Positions 1 through 9,680 are shown, counted from the first letter of the stretch. The stretch is DNA of 64,000 nucleotides from Dehalococcoidia bacterium (GCA_965203995.1 OZ241962.1:1092782-1156781); one strand, 5' to 3'. Program-made: numbers and translations. The notes: generated by a model from the sequence alone, not told the origin.

Positions 1-135
1 ACAGAGCTGGACGAAACTGGACGACGTTGGACGACATCGGACCCAGCCGGTCTCACTCCGGACTCCCATACCGAACTCGCTTGCCGAAGTCCTATATTGA
101 TCACGCCCGCACTCCCGATCGGAAAAGGAACTCCC

Positions 136-1845
136 ATGCACGATCTCGTCATCCGCAACGGCCTCGTCGTCGACGGCACCGGCGCGCCCGCCCGACGCGC
201 CGATCTCGCCATTGACGACGGCGTCGTCGCCGCCGTCGGCGAAGTCAACGACCTCGGCCGCGAGGAAATCGACGCCCACGGCCTGCTCGTCACCCCAGGC
301 TTCGTCGACATCCACACCCACTTCGACGGTCAGATCACCTGGGACCCGCTGCTCACCCCCTCCTTCTGGCACGGCGTCACCACCGTCGTCTTCGGCAACT
401 GCGGCGTCGGCTTCGCCCCCGCCGCGCCCAACCGCCGCGACTGGCTGATCGGCCTCATGGAGGGCGTCGAGGACATCCCCGGCTCCGCCCTCGCCGAGGG
501 CATCCAGTGGAACTGGGAGTCCTTCCCCGAGTACCTCGACTTCCTCGACACGCTGCCCAAGGCAATCGACATCGGCACGCAGGTGCCCCACGGCGCCGTC
601 CGCGCCTACGTCATGGGCGACCGCGGCGCGCGCAACGAGGACGCCAACCCCGAGGACATCCAGGAGATGGCCGCCATCGTCAAGGAAGGCCTGCAGGCCG
701 GCGCGCTCGGCTTCACCACCTCGCGCACCCTCGCCCACCGCGCCATCGACGGCGAGCCCGTGCCCGGCACCTTCGCCGCCGAGGACGAGCTGTTCGGCAT
801 CGGCCAGGCGCTCAAGGAGCTCGGCACCGGCATCTACGAGGTCGCTCCGGCCGGCGTGACCGGCGACGACGCCAACGCGCCGGAGCTCGAGATTGCCTGG
901 ATGCGCAAGCTGTCGGCCGAGATCGAGCGCCCGGTCAGCTTCGCCATGGTCCAGTTCGACAACGAGCCCGAGGCCTGGCGCGACGCCCTGGACCGCTCGC
1001 TCGAAGCGCTCGAAGACGGCGCGGAACTCTACCCGCAGGTCGCCGCCCGCGGCATCTCGCTGCTCCTCACCCTGCGCGGACGCCACCCCTTCATCCACTC
1101 GCCCAGCTACCGCGAGCTGGACGAACTCGACTGGGCCGGGCGGGCCGAAGCCATGCGCGACCCGCAGCGCCGCGAGAAGATCCTGGCCGAGGTCGAAGCA
1201 CCCGACGCCGCCCTCGGCTTCATCATGTGGCACAAGCTCTACCCCATGACCGAACCGCCCAACTACGAGCCGACCGCCGACGATTCCGTCGCCGCTCGCG
1301 CCGAGGCCGCCGGTCAGACCCCGCTCGAGTTCGCCTACGACTTCCTCAGCCGGGACGACGGCCAGAATGTGCTCTTCGCGCCGCTCTTCAACTACGCCCA
1401 CAACAACCTCGACGCGACCCGCGAGATGATGATGCACCCCCGCGTCGCCATGGGCCTCTCCGACGGCGGCGCACACTGCGGCGTGATCTGCGACGCGTCA
1501 ATGCCCACCTTCATGCTCACCCACTGGTCGCGCGACCGCAGCCGCGGCGACAAGCTGCCGCTCGAATGGGTCGTCAAGCGCATGACCAACGACACGGCCG
1601 AGCTCTACGGTCTCGGCGACCGCGGCACGCTCGAAGTCGGCAAGAAGGGCGACGTCAACCTGATCGACTACGACGCCCTCCAGCTCGAGCCGCCGCAAGC
1701 CGTCCACGACCTCCCCACCGAGGCCATGCGCCTGATCCAGAAATCGCGCGGCTACGTCGCCACCATCGTCAGCGGCGAAGTCATCTCCCGCCACGGCGAA
1801 GAAACCGGAGCCCGCCCCGGCCAACTCATCCGCGGCGCCCGCTAA
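136..1845 (+). CDS. N-acyl-D-amino-acid deacylase (D-aminoacylase) family amidohydrolase
   Basis: ORF 97..1845 (582 aa). Amidohydrolase metal-binding signature DIHTHFDG near the N-terminus. Start is probably MHDLVIRNGLVVDGTG at 136. GC3-rich codon usage typical of this genome. Confidence 0.75.
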   Translation: MHDLVIRNGLVVDGTGAPARRADLAIDDGVVAAVGEVNDLGREEIDAHGLLVTPGFVDIHTHFDGQITWDPLLTPSFWHGVTTVVFGNCGVGFAPAAPNRRDWLIGLMEGVEDIPGSALAEGIQWNWESFPEYLDFLDTLPKAIDIGTQVPHGAVRAYVMGDRGARNEDANPEDIQEMAAIVKEGLQAGALGFTTSRTLAHRAIDGEPVPGTFAAEDELFGIGQALKELGTGIYEVAPAGVTGDDANAPELEIAWMRKLSAEIERPVSFAMVQFDNEPEAWRDALDRSLEALEDGAELYPQVAARGISLLLTLRGRHPFIHSPSYRELDELDWAGRAEAMRDPQRREKILAEVEAPDAALGFIMWHKLYPMTEPPNYEPTADDSVAARAEAAGQTPLEFAYDFLSRDDGQNVLFAPLFNYAHNNLDATREMMMHPRVAMGLSDGGAHCGVICDASMPTFMLTHWSRDRSRGDKLPLEWVVKRMTNDTAELYGLGDRGTLEVGKKGDVNLIDYDALQLEPPQAVHDLPTEAMRLIQKSRGYVATIVSGEVISRHGEETGARPGQLIRGAR

Positions 1846-1854
1846 CCCACGAGC

Positions 1855-2075
1855 CCGGGAAGGCGGGGGGTGAGGGCCCTCCGATCCCCTCTCCCCGAGG
1901 GAGAGGGTTAGGGTGAGGGCCACCGCGCAGGCGGAGGGTATGGGCCTTCCGGTTCCCTCTCCCCGAGGGAGAGGGTTAGGGTGAGGGCCCTCCGTGGGCA
2001 GCGCGGACCCTCACCGCCCCGGGACCTTCACCCCGTCCCTCTCCCAGAGGGAGAGGGAGAAGAGTTCCCGAGTCG
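1855..2075. repeat. Intergenic array of about 2.5 copies of a ~70-bp unit containing the palindrome CCCTCTCCCCGAGGGAGAGGG and GGGTGAGGGCCCTCC
   Basis: Directly visible: ctctccccgagggagagggttagggtgagggcc occurs at ~1890 and ~1958, with a variant ccctctcccagagggagaggg at ~2037. Each unit can fold into GC hairpins. Confidence 0.8.
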
Positions 2076-2096
2076 CTCTTGCCTCATTAGCAGAAC

Positions 2097-2954
2097 ATGT
2101 GTACCTTAGTACGCATGTTGCAACTCTCCCTCTTCGACCCCAACCCCACACCCACCCGGCCCGCAACCCAGGGCAGCGCCGACGTCATCTACGCCGACGC
2201 CTCCGCCATCCTCGCCCGGCCCACCGGCCGGCTCGCCGACCTCGACTTCGTCATCAACCCCTACCAGGGCTGCACCTTCGCCTGCACCTACTGCTACGCC
2301 GCCTTCTTCGTCGCCGAGGAAGAGCAGCGCGAACGCTGGGGACAGTGGGTCCGCGTCAAGACCAACGCAATCGCCAAGCTGCGCAACTCCCGACACGACC
2401 TGCGCGGCCGCACCGTGCTGATGAGCAGCGCCACCGATCCCTATCAGCCGATCGAATCGAAGCTGGAGCTGACCCGCTCGCTCTTGCCCATCCTCGCCGA
2501 GCGCGGCGCGCACCTGGCCGTGCTCTCGCGCAGCCCGCTCGTCACCCGCGACATCGACCTGTTCAAGTCGTTCGACCACATCAACATTACGATCAGCATC
2601 ACCACCGACGACGACGCGATTCGCCGCCGCTTCGAGCCTCAGTGCGCCAGCATCGACCGCCGCTTCGAAGCGCTGCAGGAACTCGCCGAGGCAGGCTTGC
2701 GCACTCGGATCAACGTCGCCCCCCTGCTGCCCCTGCGCGATGTCGCCGGCTTCGCCCAGCGCATCCTCGACAGCGGCGTCTCCCGCGTCCACATCAACAC
2801 CTTCCACGAGTCAAGCGGCCCCTTCGCCTCCGGCACGCGCCCGCCCGCGCTCAAGATCGCCCGCGAACTGGGCTGGACCGAGGCACGCCGCGAGCATGTG
2901 CAGGAGGAGTTGCGCAACTATCTCAACCGCGAAGGTCGGCGTCTTGCCGCGTGA
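2097..2954 (+). CDS. Radical SAM protein, SplB/COG1533-like (DNA repair photolyase family)
   Basis: NPYQGCTFACTYCYAAFF gives a CxxxCxxC 4Fe-4S/SAM cluster motif. 285 aa. Alternative start MLQLSLF at 2115. Confidence 0.75.
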   Translation: MCTLVRMLQLSLFDPNPTPTRPATQGSADVIYADASAILARPTGRLADLDFVINPYQGCTFACTYCYAAFFVAEEEQRERWGQWVRVKTNAIAKLRNSRHDLRGRTVLMSSATDPYQPIESKLELTRSLLPILAERGAHLAVLSRSPLVTRDIDLFKSFDHINITISITTDDDAIRRRFEPQCASIDRRFEALQELAEAGLRTRINVAPLLPLRDVAGFAQRILDSGVSRVHINTFHESSGPFASGTRPPALKIARELGWTEARREHVQEELRNYLNREGRRLAA

Positions 2955-2958
2955 CCAG

Positions 2959-3186
2959 CTACAGGCTCGCGTAGACGGCGTCGATCATCGGCTTCCAGCG
3001 CGGATCCGCCCCGAGCCCGGCCGACATCTGGTTCATCACGTAGCCAAGCCCGATCCCGGCGTCAGGATCAGCAAAGCCCAGCGATCCGCCCGCTGAAAGG
3101 GAGGCAAAATCAGCACCAAGCGCACCCGGATCGCCAGGCCCATAGCTGCCCATTTCACTGGCAACTCCGCCTTCGTCGAGCAGCAA
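2959..3186 (-). pseudogene. Orphan 3'-terminal fragment of a beta-lactamase-like serine hydrolase gene (paralogous copy of the end of the 3599..4735 gene)
   Basis: About 135 bp (2958-3092) are ~93% identical to 3598-3732. The 75-aa frame ends ...GGSLGFADPDAGIGLGYVMNQMSAGLGADPRWKPMIDAVYASL like the intact gene but has no N-terminal catalytic part. Confidence 0.7.
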
Positions 3187-3348
3187 TCAGCCTGCTTCCA
3201 ATGTGCCAAACGGCTTGGGTGAATGGCTAAAGCAATAGTCTGACTGCCAGGCCAAGTCTACGGAGCGGCGAATGGATGTGCCGCCGCTCACCACTCTCGA
3301 CTGGCATTTGGCCACCAACTAACTTGGCTGACAGCTACCAACGACTGA

Positions 3349-3546
3349 CTAAGTACGATTGCGGCGCCTGTACCACACTATTGCTAGCGCAAGCGCAGCA
3401 GGTATCACCGCTGTGGTCCACGTCACGCTGAACGGTTCATTCTGAATTCCTAGATCGATCACAGCCCTAGTTGCAAACGTGACGGCATACATCAGGACAA
3501 GCGCCCAAAAGACCTCACTCACGATTAAGCGACTGATGAATCGCAC
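3349..3546 (-). CDS. Hypothetical small two-TM membrane protein inside a low-GC insert (coding status doubtful)
   Basis: 65-aa ORF with GTG start and two hydrophobic segments (VFWALVLMYAVTF, TAVIPAALALAIVW). Codon usage is AT-rich (tta, agt, ttt, aat), unlike all neighbouring genes. No clear SD. Confidence 0.25.
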   Translation of the reverse strand: MRFISRLIVSEVFWALVLMYAVTFATRAVIDLGIQNEPFSVTWTTAVIPAALALAIVWYRRRNRT

Positions 3547-3598
3547 GATTACTATGTTCGACTTCCCGTTCTCAGTTTGTTTGACGATACAGAGCTTG

Positions 3599-4735
3599 CT
3601 ACAGGCTCGCGTAAACGGCGTCGATCATCGGCTTCCAGCGCGGATCCGCCCCGAGCCCGGCCGACATCTGGTTCATCACATAGCCGAATCCGATCCCGGC
3701 GTCGGGATCGGCAAAGCCCAGCGAGCCCCCAGCTCCCGAATGTCCAAACGTCCGCGGATTCGGACCCCACTCGTAGCGCCCCCCGGCGGTGCTCAGGATG
3801 AAGCCCAGCGATCGCCGCACGAGGAATCCCAGCACCATGTCCTCCCGAGCCGCGTGCTCGGTCGCCCCGCAAGCCTCGACGGCGTCGCGCGAGCACAGCT
3901 CGCCGCCGCCCTGCGCGAGCGCCGAGTAGATCGTCGCCAGCGAGCGTCCGTTGCCGTGGCCGTTGGCCGCCGGCAACTCCGCCGCCCGCCACTCGCGCGA
4001 GTTGACCGTCCCAGCCAGCCGTGGCGCAGCCAGCCCCAGCGCCCGCGCCGCCAGGTTGTCTTCGCTGCTGACGCCGATTGGACCCGCGCCCGGCGCGGCA
4101 ATCAGGTCGGCGGTTCGCGCGTCTTCCGACTCCGGCAAGCCGATGAAGAAGTCAATACCGAGCGGTTGGGCGATCTCGTTGCGCACGAATTCGCCGCAGC
4201 TACGCCCGTCGATCCGGCGAATCACTTCGCCCACCAGCCAACCGTAGGTGATCGCGTGATAGCCCATGCCCTCGCCCGGCGTCCACATCGGCGCCTGACG
4301 CTCGAGCGCGCCGATCATCCGCTCCCAGTCGAGTACCGCGCCGTCCGGCAGCTCCTCGTCGACGCCGGCCAGACCCGCCTCGTGCGTCAGCAGGTGACGC
4401 ACCGTGATCTCCGACTTGCCCGCCTGCCCGAACTCGGGCCAGTAATCGACCACCGGCCGCTCGACATCGAGCTGCCCCCGGTCGACCAGCATCGCCGCGG
4501 CGGCCGCCGCAATGCCCTTGGTCGACGAATACACGTTGGTGATCGTGTCCGGCTCCCAGGCGCGCGCACGCGCTTCGTCGGCGAACCCGCCCCACAGATC
4601 GACCACGACCTCACCGCCCACGATCACGCAGAGCGACGCGCCGACCTCGTCGTGCTCGGTCCAGTTGGCGGCAAACGCGTCGCGAACCGCGCCGAAGCGC
4701 GGCTCGCAGGCGCCGTGCAGCTCGACGGTGCTCAT
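3599..4735 (-). CDS. Beta-lactamase-family serine hydrolase / esterase (class C-like, SxxK)
   Basis: SSTKG (S-x-x-K) active-site motif. 378 aa. YxN-like downstream elements. Confidence 0.75.
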   Translation of the reverse strand: MSTVELHGACEPRFGAVRDAFAANWTEHDEVGASLCVIVGGEVVVDLWGGFADEARARAWEPDTITNVYSSTKGIAAAAAAMLVDRGQLDVERPVVDYWPEFGQAGKSEITVRHLLTHEAGLAGVDEELPDGAVLDWERMIGALERQAPMWTPGEGMGYHAITYGWLVGEVIRRIDGRSCGEFVRNEIAQPLGIDFFIGLPESEDARTADLIAAPGAGPIGVSSEDNLAARALGLAAPRLAGTVNSREWRAAELPAANGHGNGRSLATIYSALAQGGGELCSRDAVEACGATEHAAREDMVLGFLVRRSLGFILSTAGGRYEWGPNPRTFGHSGAGGSLGFADPDAGIGFGYVMNQMSAGLGADPRWKPMIDAVYASL

Positions 4736-4738
4736 CGG

Positions 4739-5911
4739 TTAGTCCGCGGAGACGGGCTCGGCGACCGCCCGGCCGGAGAGCTCCTCGGGCATCGAACCTT
4801 CCAGTTCGTGGATCGCCGGCAGCACCTCGGACGCGAACAGGCGCATGCTGCGCTCGGCGGTCTCCGCCGGCACGCCGCCCGAGATTCGGAAGTTCATGAT
4901 CATCTCTTCCGCCGCCGTCATCTGCTGGATGTGCTTGAGCTTCTCGATCACCTGGTCCGGCGTGCCCCAGGCCTGCGGCGTCGCCGCGTACTGCGCCCGC
5001 TGCTCCGGCGTCGTCCGCGCGTTGGTCTTGCCGAACTCGGCGTAGTACTTGTAGCCCTTGGTCTGCTCAAAGCGCGCCGACTCGCTGAACAGGTAGTGAC
5101 GCTCGACGCTCTCCTGGAACTCTCCCGTGCCCTGCAGCATCACGTCCCAGGCCTCTGCCTCCGTGTCGAAGCAGGCGACGTTGGCGACCACGGTTGGCTG
5201 CCGCGGCTCCCAGCCGTTGCCGACCCGAATCTCGTTGAATCGGCGCACATCGGCCTGGTACTCGTCCCACTTCTTCGAGTTGGTGAACAGCATCCCCAGC
5301 CCGGCGTTGGCCGCAATCTCCAGCGTCTCGGGAGAGATCCAGGCGACCCGCATCGAGTCGAGCAACTGCTGCGGATTGCGCGGCCGCGGCCGGATCGTCG
5401 TCTCCGGAATCGTGTAGAAGTCGCCCTCGTGCGAGAAGTACTCCTGCGTCAAACCCTTGCGCACCACCTCGAGCGACTCCATGAAGCGGTCGCGCGACTC
5501 GCCCATCGGCGAGCGGAACGCTTCGAACTCGCGCTTGGCCGCGCCCCGGCCGAGGCCGAGTGTCAGCTTGCGGCCCTGCAGCATGTTGTCCAGCACCGTG
5601 ATCTGCTCGGTGATCGCCACCGGGTCGTACCACGGCAGCACGATCACCATTGTGCCGAAGTCGATCCGCTCGGTCTTCCCGGCGAAGTAGGTCAGGTTCT
5701 GCAATGCGCCCGAAGTCATGATGTAGGGCGAGAAGTGGTGGTCGATGCACCAGTAGGAGTCGAAGCCCAGCGGCTCAACCAGGCCGCCCAGGTGCAGGTC
5801 TTCCTCGTAGACCTGCTGATCGCTGACCGGCATCTCTTCGGCGACCGCATGCGCCTCGAATCGATCCCAATCGGTGTAGTTCTGGAAGTTGAAGTGAACG
5901 CCGACCTTCAT
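4739..5911 (-). CDS. LLM-class (luciferase-like) flavin/F420-dependent oxidoreductase
   Basis: N-terminus MKVGVHFNF is typical of the LLM TIM-barrel family. 390 aa. 4-bp gap to the upstream-strand neighbour. Confidence 0.7.
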   Translation of the reverse strand: MKVGVHFNFQNYTDWDRFEAHAVAEEMPVSDQQVYEEDLHLGGLVEPLGFDSYWCIDHHFSPYIMTSGALQNLTYFAGKTERIDFGTMVIVLPWYDPVAITEQITVLDNMLQGRKLTLGLGRGAAKREFEAFRSPMGESRDRFMESLEVVRKGLTQEYFSHEGDFYTIPETTIRPRPRNPQQLLDSMRVAWISPETLEIAANAGLGMLFTNSKKWDEYQADVRRFNEIRVGNGWEPRQPTVVANVACFDTEAEAWDVMLQGTGEFQESVERHYLFSESARFEQTKGYKYYAEFGKTNARTTPEQRAQYAATPQAWGTPDQVIEKLKHIQQMTAAEEMIMNFRISGGVPAETAERSMRLFASEVLPAIHELEGSMPEELSGRAVAEPVSAD

Positions 5912-5973
5912 GCGAGTTGCCTCATCTCTGGATGGGGAGTTGACGGTCTAACCAGCGCAGGATACGGCAACTC

Positions 5974-5994
5974 CGCCCCCCCTTGCAGGGGGAG
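5974..5994 (-). terminator. GC hairpin (C7-TTGCA-G5) between trxA and the LLM gene; weak candidate terminator/attenuator
   Basis: ccccccc ttgca ggggg at 5976-5992. No U-tract follows on the transcribed strand. Confidence 0.2.
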
Positions 5995-6040
5995 CTGCCG
6001 CATGCTGAGGGGGTCCAGCCGGCGGAGAAAGCGGGTGACG

Positions 6041-6367
6041 TTAGGTCAGGACCTCGTCGAGGCGCTTGGCGAGGTCGCTCTTGGGACGGAAGCCGACGAT
6101 CTGGCCGGCCACTTCGCCGCCCTTGAACACCAGCAGCGTGGGGATGCTGCGAATCCCGTACTCGGTCGCAATGCCCGGGTTCTCGTCGGTGTTGAGCTTG
6201 TAGAAGGCGACCCGGCCGTCGTACTCGTCCGAGAGCTCGTCCACGATCGGGGCCACCATGCGGCAGGGACCGCACCAGGGCGCCCAGAAGTCGACCAGCA
6301 CCGGCAGGTCGTTGTCCTTCACGTCGGCCTGGAAGCTCGCGTCGGTCACTTCCTGGGGCTTTGCCAT
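6041..6367 (-). CDS. trxA: Thioredoxin
   Basis: WAPWCGPCR active site. 108 aa. Confidence 0.95.
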   Translation of the reverse strand: MAKPQEVTDASFQADVKDNDLPVLVDFWAPWCGPCRMVAPIVDELSDEYDGRVAFYKLNTDENPGIATEYGIRSIPTLLVFKGGEVAGQIVGFRPKSDLAKRLDEVLT

Positions 6368-6448
6368 CTGACTCCTCCAAGCGGTCTGTGTTCAATCAGT
6401 CTCTCACCCGTCAAATGTAACGCATCGGCGGGCGCTCCCGACCTGCGA

Positions 6449-7552
6449 TCAGCGCCGTTCGTAGCGCCAAGTGTCGCTCACCTCACCGTCCGAGCGCGCA
6501 GGCTCGGACCACTCCGACTCGTCCTCGACCGGAGCCGTCCCGGCCACCGCGTCGCGGATCGCCTGCACCACGCCCGATTGCACCACGCTGCGCGCCGATC
6601 GGATCCCGCTGGTCACGGCCTCGGCGTTGGCCCGCCCGTGTCCGACCAGCACCGCGCCGTCGATCCCGAACAGCGGGGCAGACCCGACCTTGGCGTAGTC
6701 CCAGTGCGAGCGCAGGCTGCGGAACGCGCCGCGCATCAGCCAGGCACCGGCCATGTGCAGCATGTTCGCCTGAATGCTGCGCCGCAGCTCGCCGAAGAGC
6801 TGCTCGGCCACGCCCTCGGTCAGCTTGACCGCCACGTTGCCCGTGAATCCGTCCGAGACGATCACGTCGGCCGCGCCGGCGACCATCCGGTTCGCCTCGA
6901 TGTTGCCCACGAAGTTCTGTTCCTGCCGCGCCAGGAGCTGGTACGCCTCCTGGTGCAGATTGGTGCCCTTGAGCTCTTCCTCGCCCACGTTGAGCAGGCC
7001 CACGCTGGGATTGCGGTGGCGCAGCACGCGCTCCACGTAGGCGCGGCCCATCGTCGCGAACTGGCAGAGATACTGCGGCCGCGCCTCGACATTGGCGCCC
7101 ACATCCAGCAAGAGCGAGGTCGTGCCGCGCCCGTTGCGGAAGAGCGCTCCCAGGGCGGGACGCGCGACCCCGGGAATCCGGCCCAGCGTGAACAGCGAGC
7201 TGGCCATCACCGCGCCGGTGTTGCCGAACGAGAGAAACGCGTCCGCGTCGCCGTCGGCGAGCAGGCCGAGCCCGACCATGATCGAGGAGTCCGGCATTCG
7301 CCGCACCGCCGTCGGCGGCGCGTCCATCGAGATCGCTTCCGAGGCCTCCTGGATCCGCAGGTTGCGCTGGGCGGCGGGCATCAGACTGCGAATCTCGCGG
7401 CCCCGCCCGACCAGGATGATGTCGACGTCGAGTTCGTGCGCCGCGCTGAGCGCGCCCTTGACGACCGCAGCCGGCGCCTGATCGCCGCCCATCGCATCAA
7501 GCGCAACGGTGATCGGCCGCTGCCCCTGCCCGCTCTCGATCCTCCGCTGCAT
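6449..7552 (-). CDS. plsX: Phosphate acyltransferase PlsX
   Basis: ITVALDAMGGDQAP... matches the PlsX N-terminus. ORF extends to 7609. Start chosen at MQRRIESG (7552). Confidence 0.85.
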   Translation of the reverse strand: MQRRIESGQGQRPITVALDAMGGDQAPAAVVKGALSAAHELDVDIILVGRGREIRSLMPAAQRNLRIQEASEAISMDAPPTAVRRMPDSSIMVGLGLLADGDADAFLSFGNTGAVMASSLFTLGRIPGVARPALGALFRNGRGTTSLLLDVGANVEARPQYLCQFATMGRAYVERVLRHRNPSVGLLNVGEEELKGTNLHQEAYQLLARQEQNFVGNIEANRMVAGAADVIVSDGFTGNVAVKLTEGVAEQLFGELRRSIQANMLHMAGAWLMRGAFRSLRSHWDYAKVGSAPLFGIDGAVLVGHGRANAEAVTSGIRSARSVVQSGVVQAIRDAVAGTAPVEDESEWSEPARSDGEVSDTWRYERR

Positions 7553-7592
7553 GTCACCCCCAGGCGTCCAATGGCCTTCTCGACTGGAGAGT

Positions 7593-8843
7593 CTATTCGT
7601 CCGCCGCATCGCCCGCAGCGCTGCAACGGAAACTTGAAATCAACGGTAGTGCAACCGACTCGGGGTCCTCCGGATCGAGCACGTGCAGGACGAACTCCCG
7701 CCCGCTGTCGTTGCAGTACCAGGCGTACGACTGGATCATCATCACGCCTTCGCCAAACGGCGTCTCGGTCTCGCCGGTCCGCGCCGCGCGCCCGTCGACC
7801 ACACCGGCGTCGCGGAACCCGCTCACGTTCTCGATACCGAGGGAGTCCCGCAGCGACTGGGTGATCGCGGTGTCGCCGTCATAGAACGCTTCGCCCAGGA
7901 TCTGCCAGGTCAGCACGGCCTTGAGCGCCGTCGTGGTCTGCAGGACCAGGATGCCGGCCTGTTCGTTCGGCGGATTGTCGGTTGGCTGACCGAACTCCTG
8001 CGCAAAGTCGGCCGTGTCGTAGTCGAGCACGAAATCGAAGCGCTCGTAGCGACCCGGACGGGCGGCAATCTCGCGGGGCAGGAAGAACGAGTCAATCGCC
8101 CGTTCCAGCGCATCCGCGACCGAGTCGTAGTCGTCGAGCACCGCCCCGGCGCGAAGCACGATCGCCAGATCGTTCGCCCGCACCAGCACCGCGTGCCAGC
8201 GCACCTGGAAGCCTCCCGTCGCGCGGCGATCCTCTTCCCAGTCGAATCGTTGCGCTTCGTCCCCGGTGACCGTCACCGTCTGTTCAATCGAGGCGAACTC
8301 GACGCTCTCGAGGTCGAGCCGCGACCTGACGAACCCTTCGGCGTCGGAATCGTCGTCAACGTAGACATCCACGCCAATCAACGCCCGACCCGTCTCGGAG
8401 CCGAAGCTGACGCGATCGATGCCGTTCGACGTCGGCGAGCAGAAGGGCGAACAGATCAACTCCAGCGAGTAGCCATAGGTCGGACTCGTGTAGCGGCGGA
8501 TAATGTCCTCCGCCGTCTGCAGGGTGCTGTCGTCTGCTTCGTCATCCTGCTGCGCATCTGCGGGCTGCTCCTCTTGCGACGGCGCCGTCTGCTGCTCCTG
8601 GCCCGCTGCCTGCTGCGGTTCATCCGCCGGCGCGGACTCGGCATCCTGCTCGGGTTGCGAGGACTGGGCGTCGCCGTCGTCGCCCTCGGTGTCTGCGGCG
8701 CTGGCTTGGTCCTCGGCCGACGGCGCCGACGGACGGAAGAATTCGTTCGATTGCACGTGCTCATTCGGGTTCTCGGCACAGGCCAGGACGCCGGCGGCGA
8801 GCAGCAGCAACAGCGCAGCCAGGAGCGTGGTCGGTCGGATCAT
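7593..8843 (-). CDS. Secreted lipoprotein with a long acidic/Q-rich disordered linker and a C-terminal globular domain (hypothetical)
   Basis: Signal peptide MIRPTTLLAALLLLLAAGVLAC (lipobox-like VLAC), then about 100 aa rich in E/Q/D/A. ORF extends to 8900. Confidence 0.55.
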   Translation of the reverse strand: MIRPTTLLAALLLLLAAGVLACAENPNEHVQSNEFFRPSAPSAEDQASAADTEGDDGDAQSSQPEQDAESAPADEPQQAAGQEQQTAPSQEEQPADAQQDDEADDSTLQTAEDIIRRYTSPTYGYSLELICSPFCSPTSNGIDRVSFGSETGRALIGVDVYVDDDSDAEGFVRSRLDLESVEFASIEQTVTVTGDEAQRFDWEEDRRATGGFQVRWHAVLVRANDLAIVLRAGAVLDDYDSVADALERAIDSFFLPREIAARPGRYERFDFVLDYDTADFAQEFGQPTDNPPNEQAGILVLQTTTALKAVLTWQILGEAFYDGDTAITQSLRDSLGIENVSGFRDAGVVDGRAARTGETETPFGEGVMMIQSYAWYCNDSGREFVLHVLDPEDPESVALPLISSFRCSAAGDAADE

Positions 8844-9651
8844 GCCGCCTCCGCCGACACGATCAGGCGGTCGCCCTCGCCGGGTTCGTCGAACTGCCAC
8901 GAGCCGAACCAGTCCACCGCCCGCAACCCCGCTTCGTGCAGCAGACCCGACATCTCGCCCGCCGACAGATTCACCCGCAAGGGGAAGCGCGCCAACGAGC
9001 GCTCGACCGAACCGGAGTCGTCGACCGCGTCGTACTGATACGTGATCCAGGCAATCGGCGAGGCGCGGTCGATCGCGCTGCCGCAGGATCGATCAAGCGC
9101 CAGCTCCTGCGCGGCGTGCTTGGTCACCCACTCTTCCGCGTCCGTGCGCCGCATCCACTCGAACTGCATCGGACCGGGAGCCGGATCCAGGTCGTCCGGG
9201 CGCGGCGCGGTCCAGTCAATCAGCAACCGGCCTCCGGCGGCGAGATGCGTCCTCGCGCCGCCCAGGACGGCGAGCTGATCCTCGCGCCGCAGCAGGTGCT
9301 GGAAGGTCGACAGACCGATCAGGACCAGGTCGTAGCGCGCCTCGAGGCTCAGGCAGCGCATGTCGCCGCGCCTGGGATCGACGCCGGCCTCGCGCATCCG
9401 CGGCTCGCCCAGCGCGAGCATCGCCGGCGATGAATCCACGGCCGTCACGCGGTGACCCGACGCGGCCAACGGCGACGCGATCCGGCCGCTCCCGGCGCCC
9501 AGTTCCAGCACTCGCTCGCGGCCGGAAGCCAACTCCAAGATCATCTCCAGATCGTCGGTCAGCGGGCCGAAATCAAGGTCGTACCAGCGGGAAATCGTGC
9601 GCAGCGCGCGCTCCTGGTCGGCTGACGACCAGCGCAGAGGATCGTCCAACG
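8840..9651 (-). CDS. Class I SAM-dependent methyltransferase
   Basis: Motif I VLELGAGSGRIA, and DSSPAMLAL post-I. The track ORF runs to 10315 but overlaps apt. TTG at 9651 preceded by GGAGG is the likely start. Its stop abuts the lipoprotein start. Confidence 0.65.
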
Positions 9652-9680
9652 TTGGCCTCCGCTCGCCCGCGACACCACTC

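Noticed and set aside
3479-7864. 1461-aa plus-strand ORF
   Set aside because: It is antisense to five well-supported minus-strand genes (hydrolase, LLM, trxA, plsX, lipoprotein). The translation is Arg/Pro/Ala-rich low-complexity, typical of stop-codon-poor GC-rich DNA. It has no domain signatures.
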